Shown piece by piece: positions 1 through 9,400 of a DNA stretch of 64,000 nucleotides. Under the pieces are notes generated by a model. The model had not been told where the DNA came from and searched no databases. It was given only the letters and a program-made list of their open reading frames with translations. The position numbers and the translations under genes are program-made. Origin of the DNA: Sphingomonadales bacterium (GTDB lineage Bacteria; Pseudomonadota; Alphaproteobacteria; Sphingomonadales; Sphingomonadaceae); contig JANXVZ010000027.1 of NCBI GenBank assembly GCA_025351405.1, positions 21,275 to 85,274 of the forward strand. Direction: 5' to 3'. Every line of letters starts with the position of its first letter. The stretch's first letter is position 1.

Positions 1-1
1 C

Positions 2-529
2 ACCGCCGCCGCCGGCAAGGCGCTCGACACGGCGCTGGCGCTCGACCCCCGGCTCGAACGCGCTCAACTGGCGCGCGCTGTCATTGCGGACCGGGCGCGT
101 GACTGGCCGCGCGCCGATGCCGCTTATGCCGTCGTCCTGGCGCAGAACCCGCGTTCGGCGGCGGCGCTCGCCAATCGCGGGTATTCGCGGCTGTTGCGCG
201 CACGGTATGGCGAGGCGGAGGCTGACCTGGTGGCAGCACTGGCCATCGACCCGGCGATGACGGCGGCAACCACCAACCTGCGTCTGGCGCGCGCCATGCA
301 GGGAAAATATGAAGCCGCCTTCGCCGGATCCAAGCGCGATGCATTGGCGGCCGACCTCAACACGGTCGGTTTCGCTGCCATGTCACGTGGCGACTATGCC
401 GTCGCCGAAGGCTATTTCAACCGTGCCATGTCGCTCAACACGCGCTTCGACCGCACTGCATGGGCCAATTTGCAGTATCTCAAGCAGTTGATGGCAAAGC
501 CGGCAGATACCGGCACCGCTGAACATTGA
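2..529 (+). CDS. TPR-repeat protein, Flp/Tad pilus assembly TadD-like (5' truncated by window)
   Basis: Frame is open from position 2 (TAAAGKALDTALALDPRLERAQLARAV...), so it extends beyond the 194 start in the ORF track. TPR-like helices ALANRGYSRLL, LNTVGFAAMSRGDYAVAEGYFNRA. Directly upstream of a prepilin peptidase. Confidence 0.75.
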   Translation, partial: TAAAGKALDTALALDPRLERAQLARAVIADRARDWPRADAAYAVVLAQNPRSAAALANRGYSRLLRARYGEAEADLVAALAIDPAMTAATTNLRLARAMQGKYEAAFAGSKRDALAADLNTVGFAAMSRGDYAVAEGYFNRAMSLNTRFDRTAWANLQYLKQLMAKPADTGTAEH

Positions 530-530
530 A

Positions 531-1025
531 GTGATGCCCGCCGGATTCAGCCTCGCCGATGGCGTCGCCGGCGTCGCGCTGGCCTGCGTGGTCATTGGCG
601 CAGTCTGCGATGTTCGCCGTTTTGAAATCCCGGACACGCTGTCGGTGGTGCTTCTGGTCACCGCCGCGATTTTCGGCTTCCTTCACCCTGGCTTTGGCTG
701 GTTCTCGCACATCGGCGCCGCGTTGCTTATGTTCCTGTTCGGCTTGCTGGCATTTTCGCGCGGTTGGCTCGGTGGGGGCGATATCAAGCTGATGACCGGT
801 ATTTCGGCGTGGACAGGGCTGGCCGGGCTGCCGCTGCTGTTCGTTGCGCTGTCGCTGGCGGGCGGGGCGCTGGCGATCCTGTTGCTGGGCGTTCGCAAGG
901 TGCTGTCGGGCCGTGACCCTGCCACCCTGCCGCGTGTCTTCCAGTCCGATGCGCCTTTGCCCTATGCGGTGGCCATCGCCGCCGGCACCTTGTGGTGGGC
1001 CGTGACGGCATATCCGCCGACATAG
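531..1025 (+). CDS. cpaA: Prepilin peptidase, A24 family (CpaA/TadV-like)
   Basis: Hydrophobic 164-aa protein with the CDVRRFEIPD aspartate motif and GGGDIKL motif; C-terminal LPYAVAI. Confidence 0.9.
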   Translation: MMPAGFSLADGVAGVALACVVIGAVCDVRRFEIPDTLSVVLLVTAAIFGFLHPGFGWFSHIGAALLMFLFGLLAFSRGWLGGGDIKLMTGISAWTGLAGLPLLFVALSLAGGALAILLLGVRKVLSGRDPATLPRVFQSDAPLPYAVAIAAGTLWWAVTAYPPT

Positions 1026-1052
1026 CCCAGGCCTTACCGCCTGCTCCCGCCT

Positions 1053-3344
1053 TCAGGCTCGGCGCATTGCCGCGGCTGTCGGCAACGGTCGGCGGCCGGT
1101 GCTGCGGGCAAGCGCCGCATAGATCCGGCCGAGGTCGGATGACAACAGGGTAGTGGCCAGATTGTCGCCATCGGGGTCTGTGGTGACGCGCTTCATCAGG
1201 GTCTCGAACGTGTCAAGGAACAGTTTCGCCTCGTCGCGAAATTCCGGGTCATGCTGGTGCAGGCGGGCAATCCGGCGCGCCGAATCCTTGTCGAGACCGC
1301 GGGCGACGGCGCGCGAGAAGACGCTCCGGTCGCCCTTGAGCCAGCGTTGCCAATCGCTGTCGCCGACATCGATCGAAAGCAGGCGCGCAACATCGACGCT
1401 GGCGAGGTTGAGCGCTTCGACAAGCTTTTCCGAGCGCGCTGCGAGTGTGTCGCGGGCGCGCACGGCAAAACGTGCGTCGGCTTCGGCGATCCGCGCTTCG
1501 ACTTCGGCGGCGGAGGTGGCAAGCCCAAGGATTTGCCGGGTCAGCCGTTCGGACACAGTGCCCGCAGCGGCAGCGGCCTTGTCTGCGGCGGCTTCGACCG
1601 CTGCGATCTGGGCGCGAACGGGTTCACCGAACGCTGTTTCGGCGCGGCTGGCACCGGCTTGCAGCGCCTGTTCCGCCTCGGCGACAACGCCGGCAAACAT
1701 ATCGCGCATCTGGTCGGCAGTCGTGGCCGCGGCAGCTCCGATGCCCTCGACTGAAGCAAGGAGGTGCTGTGACGCCTTGGCGGCAGTGGCGACGCCATGA
1801 TCGCGGATGCCGTCGAGCGCGGCGCGCGCCGTGTCGAACTCCCCCGCGAGTTGCGCCGATAGCTCTACCAGGCGATTGCCTTCGCCCGCCATTTGCGCTG
1901 CCGCATCGCCGACCAGCGCGGCGCCATCGGTCATGGCGTCGTGCAGCGCGCCAACGTTTTCAAGCAGCGTCCGGGCCCGAGCGGCGATCGCGTCAAGGCT
2001 TTCCCCTGTCGTCGCAAGCTGCTGCCCGAGCACGAGATCGGCGGCGGCGATCGATTGGTGAAGCGCCCCGGCGGACGTATCGAGCCCGTCAAGCGCCGCC
2101 TGCGAACTGGCGAGCGGCGGCTGCAACGCCGCCAGCTGCGCGTGTAGCGAAGCCGACTGCGCATGGAGTGACGCCAGGCCTTCGCTAAGCGCGCCGACCA
2201 TGTTGGTGCCGCCGCCGTGAACATCGGCAATTTGCCGGCCGATGTCGACAAGGTGCGCCGCCATTGTCGCGGCGAGGCTGCTGCCCATCGTCTCGCCGCT
2301 GCCCTGGAAAGCCGTCAAACGGTCCTCCAGTTCGGCAAGCCGGCGCGCGATCTCGGCCGTCAGGCGTTCGCTATGGGCGTCCTGCGTTTCGAACTGCTGC
2401 TGCAACTGGCCGGCGGTGCGCAGCAACAGGTCGATGCGCTGGCTGAACACCCGGCTGCCATCGTCGCCGAACTGCTTGAGCTGCTGTGCTGTCGCAGCGA
2501 TGCTGTCCTGCATGGCGCGGCCGTGGAGCGCGACCTGCTCGCGAATCTGGTCGAGGGCTTCGGTGCTGCGTTCGAGCACGCCGTCGACGGCAGCATCGAG
2601 TGCGTAGGAGCGCTTTGACAACAGGTCGGTATTGCGTGCCGAGGTTTCCTCGATGCGCGCCAGCAACGCGGTCATCGTCGCGATCGCGGCGTCGGCCTGG
2701 ATGGCGGCTTCGTTGTGGCGGGCGCGGACGCTGGCCAGCATGGTATCGACACCGCGAACCTGGGTGGCGGTTTCCGCCGCGATCCGGCGCAGGCTGGCAT
2801 CGGCTTCGGCGGCATGTTCGGCAAAGCTTGGCAGCGCCGCAATCAACCCCGTTGCTGTGCTGCTGGCGTCGCGGGTCAGCGCCAATGCCTTTTCGGCGGC
2901 CGCATCGAGAGCTCGCGCCGTAGCGGCGAGGCCGTTGGCTTCGGCCGAGGTTGAAAGTACCAGCGCTTCGGTGTGTTCAGCCGAGCGCAGCAGTGCCGCA
3001 TCGATCCCGTCCAGTTCCGCGCGCAGGCCGTTGGCATGGCTGGTGGCACGTTCAAGCCGGAAATCGAGTGCTTCCATGTCGACCGTGCGACCAGCGGCGG
3101 GCAGCAGGCCGATGACGAGCAGCGCCACGCAGGCTGGCGGCAACAGCGCCATGACAATGGCCAGAACGTCACCAGGGCGGAGGGGCACACTGTGCGACAG
3201 GATCGCCGACGCCGCGACCGCCACCACCCACAGCCCGCACAGGACAAGGACACCGTACAGCGGCCAGCGGCGTTTCGGTTGAATCGACAATGCCAACGAC
3301 CGCATCGGCAGGCGCACCCCAGGTTTCCACAGCAGGTCGCTCAT
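1053..3344 (-). CDS. Two-TM, long coiled-coil protein, TipN-like polar landmark candidate
   Basis: Two N-terminal hydrophobic helices, about 550 aa of Ala/Leu-rich heptads, and a globular C-terminus (WQRWLKGDRSVFSR...LLSSDLGRIYAAL) recalling TipN-type C-termini. Confidence 0.6.
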   Translation of the reverse strand: MSDLLWKPGVRLPMRSLALSIQPKRRWPLYGVLVLCGLWVVAVAASAILSHSVPLRPGDVLAIVMALLPPACVALLVIGLLPAAGRTVDMEALDFRLERATSHANGLRAELDGIDAALLRSAEHTEALVLSTSAEANGLAATARALDAAAEKALALTRDASSTATGLIAALPSFAEHAAEADASLRRIAAETATQVRGVDTMLASVRARHNEAAIQADAAIATMTALLARIEETSARNTDLLSKRSYALDAAVDGVLERSTEALDQIREQVALHGRAMQDSIAATAQQLKQFGDDGSRVFSQRIDLLLRTAGQLQQQFETQDAHSERLTAEIARRLAELEDRLTAFQGSGETMGSSLAATMAAHLVDIGRQIADVHGGGTNMVGALSEGLASLHAQSASLHAQLAALQPPLASSQAALDGLDTSAGALHQSIAAADLVLGQQLATTGESLDAIAARARTLLENVGALHDAMTDGAALVGDAAAQMAGEGNRLVELSAQLAGEFDTARAALDGIRDHGVATAAKASQHLLASVEGIGAAAATTADQMRDMFAGVVAEAEQALQAGASRAETAFGEPVRAQIAAVEAAADKAAAAAGTVSERLTRQILGLATSAAEVEARIAEADARFAVRARDTLAARSEKLVEALNLASVDVARLLSIDVGDSDWQRWLKGDRSVFSRAVARGLDKDSARRIARLHQHDPEFRDEAKLFLDTFETLMKRVTTDPDGDNLATTLLSSDLGRIYAALARSTGRRPLPTAAAMRRA

Positions 3345-3471
3345 CGAACAACCGATGGCGTGGACTGCTTTGCAAGCTTGGCTAGCATGGTGATTGCCCT
3401 GTGCATACTCATCGTGGGACCAATGCTGCGGGGTTGGCGGTTGCCGGTTGTATCTCTACCAACGGCAACCG

Positions 3472-4515
3472 ATGGGCAGGCTTGAACGCGGACGACGACG
3501 ACGAGGCTGGCTGGCGCCGCTGCTGGCGTTGGGGGTCGCCGTCGTGCTTGCGGGTTGCGGTCGTGCCGGCGCACCGGCGTCGCGCCGCTGCCTGGCGGGC
3601 GCTTCGGCGCGCGGCGATGTCGCGATTCCTGCCGGCATCTTCTTGATGGGTGCCGATCCGCAGCGTGCCGAGGAGGGTCCGCCGCGACGGGTTCGCGTGG
3701 CGGCCTTCCGTATCGACCGCAGCGAAGTCACCAATGCCGAATTCGCCCAATTCGTCGCCGCAACGCATTATGTCACCGAATCCGAACGCGCGCCGGATGC
3801 GCGCTATTATCCGGGCGTTGCCAGGCGGGATCTTGTCCCGGCGTCGCTGGTCTTCGTCGGGGCATTGCCGGGCACACCGATCGATGACCCCGGACGCTGG
3901 TGGAAGGTGGTGCCCGGTGCTGACTGGCGTCACCCGACCGGACCGGGCAGCAGCATCGCCGGCAAGGCACAATTGCCGGTCGTCCATGTCAGCCATGCCG
4001 ATGCACAGGCCTATGCACATTGGCGCGGCCGTGACCTGCCGACCGAAGCCGAATGGGAATATGCCGCCCGCGGCGGAATCGATGGCGCGCGCTATGCCTG
4101 GGGGAACGCCGACCCGTTGCGCGACAACGCGCCCGGCGACCGCCCCCGCGCAAACATCTGGCAAGGGCCGTTTCCCAGCTTCGATGCGGGCGATGATGGC
4201 TTCAAGGCGCAGGCAGCGCCTGTCGGTTGCTTCCCGCCCAATGGCTATGGACTGTACGACATGGCCGGCAATGTTTGGGAGTGGACCAGCGGGCAGTATC
4301 CCCCTGAACCGAGCGGCATTGCCGGCCTGCCGCCGCAGCAGCGCCATGTCATCAAGGGTGGCTCGTTCCTTTGTTCCGAGAATTTTTGCTGGCGCTATCG
4401 CCCCTCTGCACGGCAACCGGGGCCGGCAGACAGCGGCGGCATCCACATCGGTTTCCGGACCGTCTTGCGCGCCGGCAGGATGGCGGCGCCCGCCGCTGGC
4501 GATGGAAGCCATTGA
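3472..4515 (+). CDS. Formylglycine-generating enzyme (SUMF1/FGE) family protein, predicted lipoprotein
   Basis: EVTNAEFAQFV, DLPTEAEWEYAARGG, NGYGLYDMAGNVWEW and KGGSFLCSENFCWRYR motifs. Lipobox-like VVLAGC after a basic/hydrophobic N-terminus. ATG 3472 preferred over the ORF-track start 3394. Confidence 0.9.
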   Translation: MGRLERGRRRRGWLAPLLALGVAVVLAGCGRAGAPASRRCLAGASARGDVAIPAGIFLMGADPQRAEEGPPRRVRVAAFRIDRSEVTNAEFAQFVAATHYVTESERAPDARYYPGVARRDLVPASLVFVGALPGTPIDDPGRWWKVVPGADWRHPTGPGSSIAGKAQLPVVHVSHADAQAYAHWRGRDLPTEAEWEYAARGGIDGARYAWGNADPLRDNAPGDRPRANIWQGPFPSFDAGDDGFKAQAAPVGCFPPNGYGLYDMAGNVWEWTSGQYPPEPSGIAGLPPQQRHVIKGGSFLCSENFCWRYRPSARQPGPADSGGIHIGFRTVLRAGRMAAPAAGDGSH

Positions 4516-4633
4516 GGCTTTCCATATGCGACATATCGTCGTAATGTTTCCATGCCGTACGGGATCCGCGAACTTATAACGCGATATGGCAGACCGTCGC
4601 GTCACGGTCCGACGCTTCGGGGGGAGCAGGCGT

Positions 4634-6463
4634 ATGGGTGTCCCTGTGGCAGTTGCGCGGTCAACGGACCGCCGTCTGTTCGTGCGGCATGTGTCACGCT
4701 GCGCGTACCTCCTCGGCGGTGCAGCGATCGCCGCGGGTCTTTTGGCCGGCACGCCGGTGGTGGCGCAGGCGGCACCGCAACCCGCGCGCATCGCGCCGAC
4801 CCGCGAGGAAATTGCGCCCTTCAAAGGTGACGTTGCCCCTGCGCGCAGCCGGCTGACGGTCGAAGGCAGCATCGAGCGCAGCCCCTGCGCCCTCGCTGAT
4901 CCGGCGTATTCGGCGATCCGCATCACCCTGACCCAGGCCAGTTTCAACAACCTCGGGCCGGTATCAGCCGGCGACCTGGAAGCCGCGTGGCGCGGTTATG
5001 TCGGCAAGGATTCGCCGATAAGCATCGTTTGCGAGATCCGGGATGCGGCGGCGACGCTGCTCCGCGCCAAGGGCTATCTGGCGGCGGTGCAGGTGCCGAC
5101 CCAGCGCATCGAGGGCGGCCAGGTCCGTTTCGAAGTGCTGTATGCACGGATGACGGCCGTGCGGGTGCGTGGCGATGCCGGGCGTGACGAGGCACTGGTG
5201 GCGCGGTATCTGTCGCATCTGACGGGCGGCGACGCTTTCAACAGCATCGAAGCCGAACGCTACCTGCTGCTCACCCGCGACCTTCCCGGGCTCGATGTGC
5301 GACTGGCGCTGAAGCCGGCCGGCACCGCACCCGGCGACATGGTCGGCGAAGTCAGCGTGCGGCGAACCCCTGTCGAAATCGACGCGAACATCCAGAATTA
5401 TGCGCCGCACGAAAGCGGGCCGTTCGGCGGTCAATTGCGGGCGCAGTTCCATGGCCTGACCGGGCTTGGCGACCGCACCATGGTGTCGGCGTACACGACA
5501 TCGGACTTCAAGGAACAGCAGGTCGTCCAGGTCGGCCATGACATGACGCTGGGCGGCCAAGGATTTCGCATCGGCGGGCACTTTACCTATGCCTGGACCA
5601 AGCCGGGGCTCGGCCCCGCCGTCCCCGACGTGCTGGCGCGGACGCTGTTTGCCAATCTGGAGGCGAGCTATCCCTTCATCCGCACGCAGAAGCTGTCGCT
5701 GGCGGGGGCGGCAGGCTTTGATTTCGTCAACCAGGACGTGCGGTTTGCCGGCCTGCCGCTGAGTCGGGACCGGTTGCGGGTGGGCTATGTCCGGCTCGAT
5801 GGCGATGCCGTCGACATGCGCGGCGATGGGCCGGGCGGCACGACGCTGTGGCATCTGTCGGGCAGCCTTGAACTGCGCCACGGCCTCGACATCCTTGCCG
5901 CCAGCCCTGATTGCGCTACCCACCTGGCGCTGTGCCGCGGTGTCGGCTTTGTGCCACCCAGCCTCTCCGCCGCCGACCCGACCGCGACCGTGGTGCGCTT
6001 TTCCGGGCTGGCCGAGCTGCGGGTCGCGCCGACACTCACCCTCGCTGTGCTGCCGCGAGCGCAAATATCGTCGGCGGCGCTGTTTGCCTTCGAACAATAT
6101 TCGGCCGGCAACTACACCGTTGGCCGCGGCTATGATCCCGGCGCGCTGATCGGCGACAGCGGTGTCGGTTTTACAGCGGAGGCGCGGCTCGATCGCATCA
6201 TGGTGATTCGCGAATACGCGCTCACCGCGCAGCCCTATGCCTTCATCGACAGCGCCTGGGTTTGGACGCGCAATGCAGCGCCGGGCTTCGATCCGCAGCG
6301 CCTCACCTCGGTCGGCGCGGGGGCGCGGCTGGCGCTTGCCGACCAGGCGCGGCTGGACATGACGCTGGCGATCCCGATGCGCAGCGTTGGAAGGACGCAG
6401 AGCGGCGATGTGCGCTTCCTCGTCTCGCTGACAACCAGGCTGCTGCCGTGGAGGACCCGCTGA
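4634..6463 (+). CDS. ShlB/FhaC/HecB-family two-partner secretion translocator (TpsB, Omp85 superfamily)
   Basis: POTRA-like segment (LLRAKGYLAAVQVPTQRIEGGQVRFEVL) and loop-6 motif GNYTVGRGYDPG with alternating beta-strand C-terminus. GGAG RBS before ATG 4634 (ORF track starts at 4586). Confidence 0.9.
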   Translation: MGVPVAVARSTDRRLFVRHVSRCAYLLGGAAIAAGLLAGTPVVAQAAPQPARIAPTREEIAPFKGDVAPARSRLTVEGSIERSPCALADPAYSAIRITLTQASFNNLGPVSAGDLEAAWRGYVGKDSPISIVCEIRDAAATLLRAKGYLAAVQVPTQRIEGGQVRFEVLYARMTAVRVRGDAGRDEALVARYLSHLTGGDAFNSIEAERYLLLTRDLPGLDVRLALKPAGTAPGDMVGEVSVRRTPVEIDANIQNYAPHESGPFGGQLRAQFHGLTGLGDRTMVSAYTTSDFKEQQVVQVGHDMTLGGQGFRIGGHFTYAWTKPGLGPAVPDVLARTLFANLEASYPFIRTQKLSLAGAAGFDFVNQDVRFAGLPLSRDRLRVGYVRLDGDAVDMRGDGPGGTTLWHLSGSLELRHGLDILAASPDCATHLALCRGVGFVPPSLSAADPTATVVRFSGLAELRVAPTLTLAVLPRAQISSAALFAFEQYSAGNYTVGRGYDPGALIGDSGVGFTAEARLDRIMVIREYALTAQPYAFIDSAWVWTRNAAPGFDPQRLTSVGAGARLALADQARLDMTLAIPMRSVGRTQSGDVRFLVSLTTRLLPWRTR

Positions 6464-9400
6464 TGCGCGCTTCTCGCCGATTTGCCGGGGCCTCGCTGGT
6501 TGCGATTGCGGCGCTGCTGGCGGCCCAGCCGTTGTACGCCCAGGCGTTCCAGGGAGCGCCGGTGACGAGCCTTGGCTCGGTCTTCATCAATCGCGCCACG
6601 CCGGGAGTGGACAATATCGCCGTGCTCGGTCCGCTGGCGACGATCAACTGGACGCCGACCGATACCGGCATAGGCGGCGGTGCCATCAACTTCCTGCCGA
6701 GCGGCAGCACCGTCAATTTCGCGTCGGCGCGGGGTGCGCCCTACACCGTGCTCAATCGCATCATCGCAGTCGATCCGGGTCGGGTCATCGCCTTCAATGG
6801 CGCAGTCAACAGCGATGGCATCGGGGCGATCTGGTTCTATGCCCCCGGCGGTATTCTTGTCGGCGCCAACGCCCGCTTCAACGTCGGCAGCCTGCTGCTG
6901 ACGGCGAACGATCCGCGCACCGACGCCAATGGCGGGTTCCTCCCGGGCGGCAACAGCTTCAGCCTCGCAGCAGCGGCGGGCAGTACGGCGGGGGTTACCA
7001 TTGCCGCCGGCGCGCAGATCAACGCCGCCCGCGCCGGCAGCTATGTCATCGCGGTGGCGCCGACTGTCACGCAAGCCGGCGCCATCACGGTCAACGGCTC
7101 GGCGGCGCTTGTCGCGGCGAACAGCGTCGATTTCACCCTCAACGCCGGGCTGTTCGACATCACCGTCACCGCCGGAACCGATGCGGGCGGCACGGCCATT
7201 TCCCATACCGGCATCACCACCGGTGCCGCCGGCACTGCCAGTGGCCCGCACCGGGCCTATCTTGTCGCGGTGCCGAGGAACGACGCCATCACGCTGTTCG
7301 TCGGCGGCGCCGGCAGCCAGCTCGGCTTCGATATCGCCGGTGCGGCGGATGTGGCAGGCAACGCCATCATCCTGTCGGCGGGGCACAATGTTTCGGGCGA
7401 CACCATCGTCAGCCAGGCCGTCAATGGCGTTCGGTCAGACCTGACCATCGAACAGGGGTCCTATACCTCCAACCTGACCGGGGTTTCGACGGGCGACACG
7501 GTGGCCGCTTCGCTGTCCGGCAACACCAGCTTTGCCGCCGGACTCGATTTGACAGGCGTTTCCAGCGCGCAGGTCGGTGGGCGCAACGGCTTTGTGCTCT
7601 CGGTCGTCGGAGACACGCGCATCTCGACCGACGCGCGAAATGCCAGCGGCTTTGGCGGTGCCAGCCGGACCGGCGGCCAGTCGCTGCTGTTCGCCGAAGC
7701 TGGCGGCAGCATCAGCATTGGCGGCGGGGTAACGCTATCGGCCGATGGCGTGGGCGACGACAATTTCAACGGCATCGACGCGGGCGGCACCGGCACGGGT
7801 GGCATCGCATCGGTGTTCACCAAAAGTGGCGGCAGCATTGCCATCGTCGGCGACGCCACGGTCAATGCGCGTGGCACCGGCGGCAATGACGATGGCCCCG
7901 GTGGCGGCAGCGGTGTCGGCGGCTCGGCCCTGATGAGCGCGGGTGGAGCGGGGTCGCTGCGCATCGGGGGCAGCGCCACCGCCGATGCGACTGGCTTTGG
8001 CGGCAATTATGTCGGCGAATTCTCGGTCACGGCACCGCCGACCGGCAGCGGCGGCCAGGCCAGCATCGACGCTGGCGACAGCACGCTGGTCATCGGCGGC
8101 GGCATCACCATCCTCGCCGAGGGGCAGGGCAACAGCTTCGATACCTTTGCCGGCGGTGGCAATGCGTTTGGTGGCACCGCCGCGTTGTCCGTCGGCAATG
8201 GCACCCTCGCCGCGGCGCAGGATATCGTCGTTTCGGCACAGGCGCGCGGCAGCGGCCGGCGATCGGATGGCAACGGCGGCAATGCCACCGGGGGCACCGC
8301 GCAGATCTCGGCTAGCGGGCCGGGCAGCATTACCAGCACCGGCAGCTTCGTCAGTGTCGATGCCCAGGGCCTCGCCGGCCCCGGTGATACGAACCTTGGC
8401 GGCACCGGCGGCGTCGGCGGCGTCGGCGGCATCGGTAGCGGCGGGCTGGCGCAAATCGCGGCGGTTGGCGGCAACTTGCAGTTCCTCGCCTCGGACGCCG
8501 ACCTGCGCGTCGACGCCAGCGGCAGCGGCAGTTCGGGCAACACCGGCAGCGCGGGCTTTGGCGGCACCGCCAGCATCGAGGCGCAGGGCGGCGGCACCAT
8601 CCGCATCGATGCACGCGTCACGGTTGCGGCCACAGCGACTGGCGGTGACAGCCAGGCCTTTGGCACGGGCGGCAACGCCACCGCCGGCAGTGCCATCGTG
8701 CAAACGGCAGCGGGTTCGGCTGCGTCGCTGCAGTTCATCGATACGCTCGCCATCGACGCCACGGCCATCGGCGGCAATGGCGGCGGCGCCCTCGCCAGCG
8801 ATGGCGGCAATGCGACCGGGGGGCAGGTGCAGTTGCGGGCACTGTCGGGAAGCGTCAACGTTGCCGGCGGTGCCGCGCTGTACGCGGAGGCACGCGGCGG
8901 TGGCGCAGGTGTCGGCGCATCGGGCCTTGGCGGCGGGCGCGGCGGCGCGGCCCAGGGCGGTGTGGTTGCCGTCGCCGGAAGCGGCGGGATACTGCAACTG
9001 GCGTCCGGCCTCGATATCTTCGCCAACGCCAGCGGCGGGCAAACCCTCGCCGGCGATGGCGGCAGCGGGGCCGGCGGCAGCGCACGGATCGTGGCCGATG
9101 CAGCGGGCGATGTGCTGGTTGCCGGCGCGGTCAATGGCAAGGCTTCGGGGTTCGGCGCCGCGGGTGGCGGGCTCGGCAACGGCGGCGCCGGCACTGGCGG
9201 GCTTGTGCAGGTGCGGGCCAATGACGGCACGATCGGCCTTGGCGATGCGCTGCAATTGACGGCTGCGGGCGTTGGTGGCGGCGGCGGCGGCGCGGGCGGA
9301 GCCGGGGGTTCCGGCGTCGGCGGCAACGCAGCCTCGATCGTCGACGGCGGCAGCATGGCGGTAGCCGGCGTGGTGATGCTCGACGTAAACGGCACCGGTG

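Noticed and set aside
6262-6462. N-terminal extension of TpsA given in the ORF track
   Set aside because: It lies inside tpsB; ATG 6463 has an RBS, a TGATG coupling and a signal peptide.
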